Position numbers and translations under genes: made by a program
The notes under the pieces: model-generated
Seen by the model: only the letters and a program-made list of their open reading frames with translations
What the model was told of the DNA's origin: nothing
The model's database searches: none
Shown: positions 37,943 through 46,730 of the stretch, piece by piece
How the letters are laid out: each line of letters opens with the position of its first letter
How positions within the stretch are numbered: position 1 is the first letter of the stretch
From: Desulfobacteraceae bacterium Eth-SRB1
Lineage (GTDB): Bacteria > Desulfobacterota > Desulfobacteria > Desulfobacterales > ETH-SRB1
Assembly (NCBI GenBank): GCA_004193555.1
Contig: RPGP01000001.1
Location: 27,367 to 91,366 of the forward strand
Direction of reading: 5' to 3'
Length of the DNA stretch: 64,000 nt

Positions 37943-38025
37943 GTGTTCATTGTTTGTACACAAAATTATGTAAAGATATAAATATGTTCCTAAAATATAG
38001 CTATTATCTGTCCAGTTATTGAACA
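37943..38025. promoter_or_regulatory. Putative activator-binding palindromes upstream of the usp-mrp promoter
   Basis: GTGTTCA-N5-TGTACAC (37943-37961) and TGTCCA-N5-TGAACA (38009-38025). Confidence 0.5.
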
Positions 38026-38110
38026 TATTATGTTCGGGGTTATTGCTTGCTCATTATTTACGATTTAATAAATATCTGAAAAAACAGGTAGATAGGCATG
38101 ATAACAGAAA

Positions 38111-38126
38111 AGGCATAAATATTGCA
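38111..38126 (+). promoter_or_regulatory. Putative sigma-54 promoter of the usp-mrp-like operon
   Basis: AGGCATAAATATTGCA: GG-N10-GC with TTGCA at -12. Confidence 0.65.
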
Positions 38127-38258
38127 GTAAAGTAATCCTAATTTTTGTAGTTAATGATCGATAAGGTCGGTATAGATTCTTGAAGCAGGCATTAAATGTA
38201 TTTATGAATTTTCGTTGTTGACCTTTATGGCTATGATATAAGGGGAGACCTTTGAAAT

Positions 38259-39032
38259 ATGGACGTAAAAAAAATTCTTTATGCTACAAATTTAAGTAAG
38301 CCCACCTTTCGTGTGTTTGATGGGTTGTCAGGTCTAAAAAGTCTTGGCTTGCAAGAGATCATTCTCCTTTCAAACAATGCGACTCTTGACCTGTTTGAGA
38401 CATGGAAAAAAAGATTGGGTGATTTAGGGATAAATGCAAGCATCAAAATTGATCCCGGCAACCTCTCCACAAGTGTTTTAAACACAATCCGGGGAAACAA
38501 TATATCGCTTGTCATATTGCATTTAAATAAAAAAGAGGACCGGACCATCTTTGGTGGTTCAGCCCTGGGAAATATTATTAAAACAACCAATATTCCTGTC
38601 CTTGTTGTTGATAAGGACGAAAAAGGATTAAATTTTAGTTCTAAAGGAATGTTTGAACGTGTTTTGTTGCCGGCAGATTGGTCGCCGGAATATGAAAAGG
38701 CATTGCAATATATACTCGATCTTAAGGAATTAATAAGCGAACTTGAACTTGTAAATGTAATATTTGAAAAATTAAGCCTGCGTGATGTGAAACAGATAAC
38801 GGAAGATATGATTAATGCTCGTAAAATGTGCCTGAAACTTGGTGTTTCAACAGAATATCACATGTATGCGGGAGAGGTTAGTGAGGAGATCCTGCGAGCG
38901 GCGCATGAATATGAATCTACTATGATAATTATCGGCTCAATGCGCAGGCAAAAGTTTAAGGATATTTTTTCAGGCAGGCCTGCGTATAGAGTGATAGAAA
39001 AATCTCCGATACCTGTGTTGCTGGTTCCCTAA
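38259..39032 (+). CDS. Tandem-domain universal stress protein
   Basis: KKILYATNLS..IPVLVV; VLLPADWS..MIIIGS..PIPVLLVP. Confidence 0.88.
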   Translation: MDVKKILYATNLSKPTFRVFDGLSGLKSLGLQEIILLSNNATLDLFETWKKRLGDLGINASIKIDPGNLSTSVLNTIRGNNISLVILHLNKKEDRTIFGGSALGNIIKTTNIPVLVVDKDEKGLNFSSKGMFERVLLPADWSPEYEKALQYILDLKELISELELVNVIFEKLSLRDVKQITEDMINARKMCLKLGVSTEYHMYAGEVSEEILRAAHEYESTMIIIGSMRRQKFKDIFSGRPAYRVIEKSPIPVLLVP

Positions 39033-39035
39033 CTG

Positions 39036-39178
39036 GTGTCCATCCACAAATGGCATCTTTAGGCCCCTGGCGGCGTTCTCGCTTTTTTGCAACCCTCGGA
39101 ATAGGCGCATTAGGCCTGCGGTTGCAAAAACGCTCGAGCCTTGCCAGGAACCAAAATCTACCACTTGTGGATGGACAC
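39036..39178. mobile_element. Fold-back MITE-like element (GTGTCCATCC family, ~143 bp)
   Basis: Ends GTGTCCATCCACAA / TTGTGGATGGACAC; TAACT at 39030-39034 and 39179-39183. Confidence 0.75.
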
Positions 39179-39262
39179 TAACTAACGAAAATTTGTGAAA
39201 TCTGCGTAATCCTCCAGAGGCGGACAGGTCTGTGGATTAAAAAAGATAGAAAGAGGAACGAG

Positions 39263-39976
39263 ATGGAAGTAACAATACTGGTTCAGGCCACATATAAGTC
39301 CTTTCAGATGTTAGACGAGGCAAGAGATAAGGCTACGCAGATATTGGATACTGCTGCGAGGCTGACATCTGAAACCCAGGCCCTGCATCGAAAAAGGATA
39401 GAGGCGATATTTACAGGTGCCAAACAAACAAAAGTTCAACTCAGCAGGTTTATTGCAACATTTATCATTTTGTTTGGTTTCTGGTTGTTCATGTCAGGAC
39501 ACTATGATGTATTTCATATCAGTATCGGAGTTCTTTGTTGCGCCGTAGTGTCGCATGTATCGCATAATCTCCTTTTTGCCAATCCAAGAGCCGGGGATAT
39601 GCGTGTAATAGTTAAAAGATTTATTACATACATTCCATGGCTTTTATACCAGATTGTCCTGTCTAATTTCCACGTTGCCTATCTGGCTCTGGGCCCAAAA
39701 AGGTTGTTAGATCCAAAAATAATTAAGTTTAAATCAAAACTGGAAAGTGACATCTCGATGGTTACGCTTGCTAATTCTATAACCCTAACCCCGGGGACTA
39801 TTACAGTAGATGTTAAAGACGGAATATATTACGTGCACGCTGTGAGCAAAAAGGTTGCGGAAGATCTTATGACCGGTGAAATGGAAGACAGAATTGCCCA
39901 TATTTTCATGGAAGCCGACCATGTGTATGTTCAGGATGTTTTCGATATGGCGCCTATCTTTGTAGAATTAAAGTAA
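39263..39976 (+). CDS. mrpE: Mrp/Mnh antiporter subunit E with N-terminal extension
   Basis: FWLFMSG, LANSITLTPGTIT, YVHA. Confidence 0.9.
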   Translation: MEVTILVQATYKSFQMLDEARDKATQILDTAARLTSETQALHRKRIEAIFTGAKQTKVQLSRFIATFIILFGFWLFMSGHYDVFHISIGVLCCAVVSHVSHNLLFANPRAGDMRVIVKRFITYIPWLLYQIVLSNFHVAYLALGPKRLLDPKIIKFKSKLESDISMVTLANSITLTPGTITVDVKDGIYYVHAVSKKVAEDLMTGEMEDRIAHIFMEADHVYVQDVFDMAPIFVELK

Positions 39977-40022
39977 AGGACCAATTTAGGGATTAAGGAT
40001 TTAAGAATCGAGGCTAAAAAAT

Positions 40023-40514
40023 ATGACAATCAAGCGCACAGTAAACATGACCAAACAATCGGATGATGTTATTGTTAAGACACTTTCCCGGCTGTTAATA
40101 CCATTTATGCAGATTTATGCCCTGTATGTCATTGCGCACGGGCATTACAGCCCTGGAGGAGGGTTCCAGGGAGGAGTAATTTTAGGGGCAAGTTTAATTC
40201 TATTGGCAATAACTTATGGGCTGGATAATGCTTTGCGCATGATGTCAGAGAGATTAAACACCATTCTATGCAGCCTCGGAGTTTTTATATATGCCGGCAT
40301 AGGGTTGTTGTGCATCATGTTAGGCGGTAATTATCTGGATTATGGGGCGCTTGACAAAATCTTGCATGTTGACATAGCGCATGCAAGATCGCTCGGTATT
40401 CTTGGTATTGAGACCGGTGTAGGAATCGCTGTCATGGCAGTTATGGCCTCGATTTTTTTAGATATATCTACCGGAGGGCTTCCTTCGACAAAAGAGCGGG
40501 ATCAATCTGATTAA
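40023..40514 (+). CDS. MnhB-domain subunit (MrpB C-terminal part / MbhF-like)
   Basis: HGHYSPGGGFQGG, ETGVGIAV. Confidence 0.88.
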   Translation: MTIKRTVNMTKQSDDVIVKTLSRLLIPFMQIYALYVIAHGHYSPGGGFQGGVILGASLILLAITYGLDNALRMMSERLNTILCSLGVFIYAGIGLLCIMLGGNYLDYGALDKILHVDIAHARSLGILGIETGVGIAVMAVMASIFLDISTGGLPSTKERDQSD

Positions 40515-40530
40515 CATTTAAGGATTAAAC

Positions 40531-41469
40531 TTGAGAATACAGGACATTAATAAACGATCTGCAAAAATGAAGCAGGTCTATAATATGATATTGAATCTTG
40601 CTCCCACTGATGCCACGGTTTTGATTCGTGGTGAAGAAGGAACAGAAAAAGCATTGGTGGCACGATCTATTCATTTAAACAGCGCAAGAAAAAATCGCTT
40701 TTTTGATGTGTATAACTGTTCGGTTTATCCGCAGTTTATTGTTGAAAGCGGTCTTTTGGGTCATGAAACAGGCGCCTATGAAGGGGCGGTATCTCAGAAG
40801 AAAGGATGCCTGGAACTAAATAATGGCGGGACAGTATTTTTGAGTGAGATTGACAAAATATCTCCGTTGACCCAGATCAAACTTCAGAATTTTTTACAGG
40901 ACGGGTCTATAAAAAGACTTGGAGGAAAAAAAAGTATTAAGATAGACGTCAGGATCATTGCCGCTGTTAATACTGATCTTGGGAAAGAGGTCGAAAGAGG
41001 AACTTTTAATGAAGAGTTTTCTTATATGCTGAATGTAATTAATATACATTTACCTTCTTTAAGGGAGAGGAAAGATGATATCCCCCCTCTAATAGAATAC
41101 TTTCTGGAAATGCTGAATGTAGAAACAGGGAAAAATGTTAGAGGTGTTACATCCGATACGATGGAGATATTAATGGGCTATTCCTGGCCGGGCAATGTCA
41201 AGGAGTTGGAAAACTCGATACAACATGCCTTCCTTCTCGCAGAGGGTGCAGTAATTGAGCGTGAACTTCTGCCTTCCCGCATCTTACATGAAGTGTTAAC
41301 AGAAAAAGACGAAGGGATAACCTCTTTTGAGGAAAATGAAAAAAGATTTCTTATGAAAATTCTGCAGGAGTGTAACTGGAATAAATTACAGGTTGCAAAA
41401 CAGCTCAATGTGAGCCGGAGCACATTATATTCAAAACTTAAAAAATATAACTTAACGTCAAAACAATAA
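40531..41469 (+). CDS. Sensor-less sigma-54-activator-like protein (AAA+ fold + Fis HTH) with degenerate catalytic motifs
   Basis: TTG start; GEEGTEK, GAYEGA, FLSEID, FNEEFSYML, WPGNVKEL; intact HTH WNKLQVAKQLNVSRSTLYSKLKKY. Confidence 0.88.
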   Translation: MRIQDINKRSAKMKQVYNMILNLAPTDATVLIRGEEGTEKALVARSIHLNSARKNRFFDVYNCSVYPQFIVESGLLGHETGAYEGAVSQKKGCLELNNGGTVFLSEIDKISPLTQIKLQNFLQDGSIKRLGGKKSIKIDVRIIAAVNTDLGKEVERGTFNEEFSYMLNVINIHLPSLRERKDDIPPLIEYFLEMLNVETGKNVRGVTSDTMEILMGYSWPGNVKELENSIQHAFLLAEGAVIERELLPSRILHEVLTEKDEGITSFEENEKRFLMKILQECNWNKLQVAKQLNVSRSTLYSKLKKYNLTSKQ

Positions 41470-41637
41470 GTTGGCTGATAAGTATGTCGCGGAATTTCTA
41501 CAAAGTAGTATGGTGAAAAGAAATTAAAATTGGCAGCGCCAAAGGCGCTTTCCTTAACTTTAGGCACTTTAATATACTTTAGCTCACTTTAGGCACTTAT
41601 ATTCGCACCGAAGGTGCGCTAATCTGGGAGCAGCGAT

Positions 41638-41904
41638 ATGGAAAATTTTTATCTTGGTGTGAGCATTCTCCTTTGCTTGCTTGTTTTAATTTGTCTTTAT
41701 CGGGTGGTATTCGGGCCGACTATTATTGACCGGATTGTAAGTGTTGGAGCAATCGGCACAAAAACATTAATAGTCCTGGCGCTCATGGGTTTTATTTACG
41801 ATAGGATAGAAATGTTCATTGATATCATCATGGTTTACGCTCTTCTGAACTTTATCGGGACCCTGGCGGCAGCAAAGTACTTTGAAGGGAGAGGTGAAAT
41901 TTGA
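41638..41904 (+). CDS. mrpF: Mrp/Mnh subunit F
   Basis: YRVVFGPTIIDRIV, YALLNFIGT. Confidence 0.9.
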   Translation: MENFYLGVSILLCLLVLICLYRVVFGPTIIDRIVSVGAIGTKTLIVLALMGFIYDRIEMFIDIIMVYALLNFIGTLAAAKYFEGRGEI

Positions 41905-42227
41905 TGGAAGTTATTAAAATATTATCCATTGTGCTGATTTTGATAGGATGTTTCTTTTTCACTACCGGCACAATCGGCCTGATACGTTTCCCGGACTTTT
42001 ATGCCAGGATGCATGCCACCGGAAAAGGAGACACCCTTGCAGTGCTTATATGTCTTATCGGTCTTGCATTATACCATACCTTTCATCACGGAGCTGTTTT
42101 AGATGGGATTAAGTTAGTCTTTATCGCTGTCTTTATGTTTATGGCCAATCCTACGGCGACCCATGCAATTTCCAGGGCCGCTTTCCGGTGTGGCGTTAAA
42201 CCATGGACCAGGGAGGAAAACAAATGA
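41901..42227 (+). CDS. mrpG: Mrp/Mnh subunit G
   Basis: GLIRFPDFYARMHATGKGDT, NPTATHAI. Confidence 0.92.
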   Translation: MMEVIKILSIVLILIGCFFFTTGTIGLIRFPDFYARMHATGKGDTLAVLICLIGLALYHTFHHGAVLDGIKLVFIAVFMFMANPTATHAISRAAFRCGVKPWTREENK

Positions 42228-42469
42228 TCTGGCAACTCGATCTTATTTTATGTATTTTTATTGTTATCTGTGCAGTTGCAGCTATTACTATTAAGGATCT
42301 TCTGGCCGCTGTTATTATTTTAGGCGCTTACAGCTTCTTTATGTGTATTCTCTATACTGGGATGGGAGCGGTGGATGTCGCCTTTACCGAGGCCTCCGTA
42401 AGCGCTGGAGTTGGAACAGTATTGTTTGTCGCGGCTGTCAGTAAAACAAAAAGGAGGTCAAAGGATTGA
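42224..42469 (+). CDS. DUF4040 / MbhD-like Mrp subunit (MrpB N-terminal part)
   Basis: KDLLAAVI, AVDVAFTEASV; ATGA overlap with mrpG. Confidence 0.87.
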   Translation: MIWQLDLILCIFIVICAVAAITIKDLLAAVIILGAYSFFMCILYTGMGAVDVAFTEASVSAGVGTVLFVAAVSKTKRRSKD

Positions 42470-42750
42470 AGGTTATTGCAATAGCTATAATACTTTTGAC
42501 AGGGGGATTGCTTATATACGGTGTTGAGGATATGCCGGGTTGGGGTGATCCTGATTCTCCGGCCAGCAGCCATGTTTCACCGAAGTATATAAAGGAAGCT
42601 TTGGGAAAAACAGCCACACCGAATATGGTTACCGCCGTTCTGGGGGATTACAGGGGATACGATACCATGGGTGAGACAGCGGTTATTTTTACTGCAGGGA
42701 TCGGCTGTATCCTGATGTTAAGAAAAAAACGCAAGGGAGAAGGAGACTGA
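42466..42750 (+). CDS. MbhE-like Mrp subunit
   Basis: PNMVTAVLGDYRGYDTMGE. Confidence 0.87.
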   Translation: MKVIAIAIILLTGGLLIYGVEDMPGWGDPDSPASSHVSPKYIKEALGKTATPNMVTAVLGDYRGYDTMGETAVIFTAGIGCILMLRKKRKGEGD

Positions 42751-42751
42751 T

Positions 42752-43159
42752 ATGCTTGAGTACATTATCAGTAAATACAACTTCTGGGTGTATGTCATTT
42801 TGCTGCTGATCGGGCTTTATGCAATGGTGGGCAAGAAAAATCTGGTTAAGAAGCTGATCGGGATGAATATATTTCAGTCTGCTGTGATTCTTTTTTACGT
42901 TTCCATCGGGGTAAAGAAGGGCGGGGCAACAGTGCCGATATTCTTAGGGAATGCTCATGCGGCGCACGGGCATGGACACGCTATTATCGATGTTGCAAGT
43001 TATATTAATCCTCTTCCTCATGTGCTGATGCTTACGGCAATAGTTGTTTCAATTGCCACAACAGGTGTTGCCCTTGCGGTGCTTATCCTGATTTTCAGGA
43101 GATATAAGACCTTGGAGCTTGACGAAATTATGAAAATAAGAAAAGAAACGGGAGTCTAA
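42752..43159 (+). CDS. mrpC: Mrp/Mnh subunit C (NuoK-like)
   Basis: NLVKKLIG, NPLPHVLMLTAIVV; His-rich loop. Confidence 0.92.
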   Translation: MLEYIISKYNFWVYVILLLIGLYAMVGKKNLVKKLIGMNIFQSAVILFYVSIGVKKGGATVPIFLGNAHAAHGHGHAIIDVASYINPLPHVLMLTAIVVSIATTGVALAVLILIFRRYKTLELDEIMKIRKETGV

Positions 43160-43161
43160 AT

Positions 43162-44655
43162 ATGGCAACACATTTTGCTGCTCTTATAATAGTCATTCCT
43201 TTAATAGCCGCTCTCTTTGTGCCGGTTATTGGATGGTGGAAAAAAGGATTGTGCTACCCATGGGTTGTTGCCGTTCTCCTTGTTCCACTTATATCATCTA
43301 TTGGCGTTTTAAATAGAGTAATAGAGAGCGGGCCATTTTCATATTATCTCGGAGGGTGGGCTCCTCCGTGGGGTATCGAGTATGCGATAGATTATCTCAA
43401 TGCATTTGTTCTGGTAATAATATCGGTTATAAGTCTGATTGTTTCCATATATTCCAAAAAGAGCGTTGAAAAGGAAATACCTGAAAAGGTTGTTCCGTTC
43501 TACACACTTTTTCTGCTTCTTGTTACAGGCCTTTTAGGGATAGTTGTAACAGGAGATCTTTTCAATGTGTTTGTATTTTTAGAAATCGCTTCTCTTTCAT
43601 GTTACGCCCTCATAGCTATAGGCAGGGATGGAGCTCCCTTAGCCACGTTTCGATATATCATAATGGGCACAATCGGAGCCTCGTTTTATCTTCTTGGCGT
43701 AGGTTACCTGTATATTATTACCGGCTCGCTGAATATGCTGGACGTGGCCCGGCTATTGCCCGAATTATATCATTCCAGGGTTGTGTTGACGGCAGGCATC
43801 TTTATGATAGTTGGCATCGGCCTGAAGATGGCGCTTTATCCACTGCATGCATGGGCTCCAAATGCTTATGCAGATGCGCCATCAACTGTCAGCGGTCTTA
43901 TCGCGCCCTTAATGACCAAGGTGGCGGCATACATGATGATACGTGTTATGTTTACTGTCTTTAAGCCCGTTTTCTTTATAGAGGTGATTCCTGTGACAAG
44001 CATACTCACCTGGATGGCGGCTGTTGCCATAATCATCGGTTCAATATATGCCATTGCCCAGACTGACCTAAAGAAGATGCTGTCTTACTCAGTTGTGGCG
44101 CAGATCGGATATATTGCTTTAGGAATAGGGCTGGCAAACAAATCCGGTCTTACCGGCGCTGTACTCCACATTCTAAATGAAGCTTTTACAAAAGGCTGTG
44201 TGTTTCTGGTCGCAGGGGCTATCGTCTATAAAATGGGCGCCTGCAATATCAATGAATTTAAAGATTTATATAGAAAGATGCCGTTTACTATGTCAGCCTT
44301 TCTAATCGGCGCATTTTCCATGGTCGGCATACCTCCTACATGCGGTTTTTTCAGCAAGATATATCTGATCATGGGTGCAATTAGCGCCGACAAATGGATT
44401 TTTGTAGCTGTTCTGTTATTTAGCAGCGTTCTCAATGTAGTCTATTTCTTTAGAGTAATACAGATTGCGACATTTGAAACACCGATGCCGGACTATGGCC
44501 GTGATAAGGCTTATGAGGCGGTTTACATGGATGAAGTTCCTTTAAGTATGCTGATCCCCATACAGATTATGGCTGCAGGGATACTGTTATCCGGTATTTT
44601 CAGCTCAAAGATTATATCAACGGTAATTCAATTTGTGATACCTGTAGGTTTTTAG
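43162..44655 (+). CDS. mrpD: Mrp/Mnh subunit D (antiporter-like)
   Basis: GGWAPPWGIE, TGDLFNVFVFLE, KMALYPLHAW.P.AY, GIPPTCGFFSK. Confidence 0.92.
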   Translation: MATHFAALIIVIPLIAALFVPVIGWWKKGLCYPWVVAVLLVPLISSIGVLNRVIESGPFSYYLGGWAPPWGIEYAIDYLNAFVLVIISVISLIVSIYSKKSVEKEIPEKVVPFYTLFLLLVTGLLGIVVTGDLFNVFVFLEIASLSCYALIAIGRDGAPLATFRYIIMGTIGASFYLLGVGYLYIITGSLNMLDVARLLPELYHSRVVLTAGIFMIVGIGLKMALYPLHAWAPNAYADAPSTVSGLIAPLMTKVAAYMMIRVMFTVFKPVFFIEVIPVTSILTWMAAVAIIIGSIYAIAQTDLKKMLSYSVVAQIGYIALGIGLANKSGLTGAVLHILNEAFTKGCVFLVAGAIVYKMGACNINEFKDLYRKMPFTMSAFLIGAFSMVGIPPTCGFFSKIYLIMGAISADKWIFVAVLLFSSVLNVVYFFRVIQIATFETPMPDYGRDKAYEAVYMDEVPLSMLIPIQIMAAGILLSGIFSSKIISTVIQFVIPVGF

Positions 44656-44670
44656 TTAGGAGGTTTTTAC

Positions 44671-46701
44671 ATGGATACGTTGACAATAGCATGGTTATGT
44701 GTGCTTTTCCCCTTTCTTGGTGTGATTTTCACCTTTTTGATGGCCAGGGTTCATCCCAGGCTCAGAAATGCTGCGGCTGTATTTTTTCCGTTTCTGTCCG
44801 CCCTGTGCAGCCTGAAGCTTTTAACCCGACTGTTTCATCCGGAAACGTTGCCTCTCGAAAGTTCTGTGAAGTGGATTGAGATACCTTTTGTAGTGGAATT
44901 CGGGGTGTTGGTAGATCCGCTCAGCATTATCCTGGCAGTTGTGGTTGCCGTCATAAGCTTTATTATTACCGTGTACTGCCTTGGCTATATGAAGGGAGAT
45001 CCGGGGATAACCAGGTTTTTAATGATGGTAAACCTTTTTGTCGGCAGCATGCTCCTGCTGGTGCTTACTAATAATCTGGTTGTGCTTTTTGTTGGATGGA
45101 AACTGGTTGGTTTGTGCAGTTATGCTTTGATCGGTTATTATTACAGGGATGAAGAAAAATACTGGATAGGTGGGCCTGCGCCAACCAAGCTGGTTTCTCC
45201 AAGCCATTGCGGGTTAAAAGCATTGGTTGTAACAGGCGTGGGCGATCTTATTATGTTGGGCGGCATATTAATTATATTTTACTATGCCAAGACCTTTAAT
45301 ATCATGGAGCTTTACACAACGGCTTCTGTCTGGATGCCGGAGATGGCTAAGACGCCGGGTATAATCATATTGACTACCGTGCTTCTTCTTGCAGGCCCTA
45401 TTGGTAAATCAGCGCAGTTTCCCTTTCATGAATGGCTTCCGGAGGCCATGGCAGGCCCGGGCCCTGTTTCGGCTTTGATTCATGCGGCGACTATGGTTAA
45501 AAGCGGGGTTTATCTGGTCGCCAGGTTTATTCCCATGTTTTATTACGGCTACTGGGTGGCCGGCATCAGTGAAGCTTCCGCATTTTTTACCATTGTAGCA
45601 TGGGTAGGAGTTATTACGGCATTTGTCGCGGCAACTCAGGGCCTGGTCGCCTTAGAGCTTAAAAAGGCTCTTGCGTTTTCCACTGTAAGCCAGATTGGCT
45701 ACATGTGGATTGGTCTCGGTATGGCCGGCTTGAGCGGATCGGTATTGATAGGCGGAACCACATCAGGTATATTTCACCTTGTAAGCCATGCTGTGTTCAA
45801 GGCATGTCTCTTCCTGTGCGCCGGTTCTGTGATACATTCCGCTCATTCAATTTACATGAACGATATGGGTTCAATGAGAAAGTATATGCCGCTGACCTGG
45901 ATTTTTATGCTTATCGCTTCCGTATGTTTGATGGGGATTCCGCCCATGCCTGGTTTCTTCAGCAAGGATGCTATCTTACTTTCCGCTCTGGAGGCCCATC
46001 ATCTGCCGATATTTATTCTTGCTGTAATTACCGTGGTTTTAACGGCATTTTACACAACCCGTATGGTCGGCATGGTGTTTTACGGCAAGGAGAGTGAGCA
46101 GATAAAACATATAAAGCGGGAAGGAGGACATATTCATGAGGCCTCCCCAACCATGTGGGGCGCATGCGGTATCCTGGCTGTAATTATTGTATTTCTTGGC
46201 CTGGTAGGGCCGCATGTAGAGCATCTTTTAAAAGAAGGGTTTAAGACCAACCTGGTCGGAACCCTTGCTTTGCCGGTTGCGCATGGCGGGGAACATCCGT
46301 TTAATTACCATCTGGTGGTTTCGGTGCTGTCGATAGCCGCTATACTTTTGGGAGCAGTGCCCGCATATTTTATGTATATAGCGCAAAAATGGGATCCCAG
46401 GGCTATCCTGGACAGGTCATCAACTCTCCAGGTTTTTCATAAATTTTTCTGGAACAGATGGTTTATTGATGCTTTTTATTTAAAAGTTTTTGTGGACGGA
46501 ATATTGAAGTTAGCCGACTTTGTGGCTTATACTGTTGAAGATGGGTTTGACAATTTCGTCCACAGGAAAATTCCGACTTTTATTACGCAGAGATGCCCTG
46601 CGGTGATGTTTAAACTGCGGACCGAGTCGGATGATCTTTTGTATAATATATCCTATATTATTGTTATCTTTGTTTGCCTGCTGTTTGTGGTATTAAAATA
46701 A
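44671..46701 (+). CDS. NuoL/MrpA-like antiporter subunit
   Basis: GKSAQFPFHEWLPEAMAGPGPVSALIHAATMV, FSTVSQIGYM, HAVFKACLFL, GFFSKD. Confidence 0.9.
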   Translation: MDTLTIAWLCVLFPFLGVIFTFLMARVHPRLRNAAAVFFPFLSALCSLKLLTRLFHPETLPLESSVKWIEIPFVVEFGVLVDPLSIILAVVVAVISFIITVYCLGYMKGDPGITRFLMMVNLFVGSMLLLVLTNNLVVLFVGWKLVGLCSYALIGYYYRDEEKYWIGGPAPTKLVSPSHCGLKALVVTGVGDLIMLGGILIIFYYAKTFNIMELYTTASVWMPEMAKTPGIIILTTVLLLAGPIGKSAQFPFHEWLPEAMAGPGPVSALIHAATMVKSGVYLVARFIPMFYYGYWVAGISEASAFFTIVAWVGVITAFVAATQGLVALELKKALAFSTVSQIGYMWIGLGMAGLSGSVLIGGTTSGIFHLVSHAVFKACLFLCAGSVIHSAHSIYMNDMGSMRKYMPLTWIFMLIASVCLMGIPPMPGFFSKDAILLSALEAHHLPIFILAVITVVLTAFYTTRMVGMVFYGKESEQIKHIKREGGHIHEASPTMWGACGILAVIIVFLGLVGPHVEHLLKEGFKTNLVGTLALPVAHGGEHPFNYHLVVSVLSIAAILLGAVPAYFMYIAQKWDPRAILDRSSTLQVFHKFFWNRWFIDAFYLKVFVDGILKLADFVAYTVEDGFDNFVHRKIPTFITQRCPAVMFKLRTESDDLLYNISYIIVIFVCLLFVVLK

Positions 46702-46730
46702 TTTCTTATGACATTACGGGGATAAAAGAA

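Noticed and set aside
38245-38257. GAGACCTTTGAAA before the usp start (also a lone end at 11563-11579)
   Set aside because: Matches the MITE terminus but has no partner end or TSD; remnant or coincidence, so not called as an element.
5581-41620. Repeat clusters as possible CRISPR arrays
   Set aside because: No constant 23-47 bp repeat with unique spacers and no cas genes; units are 7-9 bp or fold-back elements.
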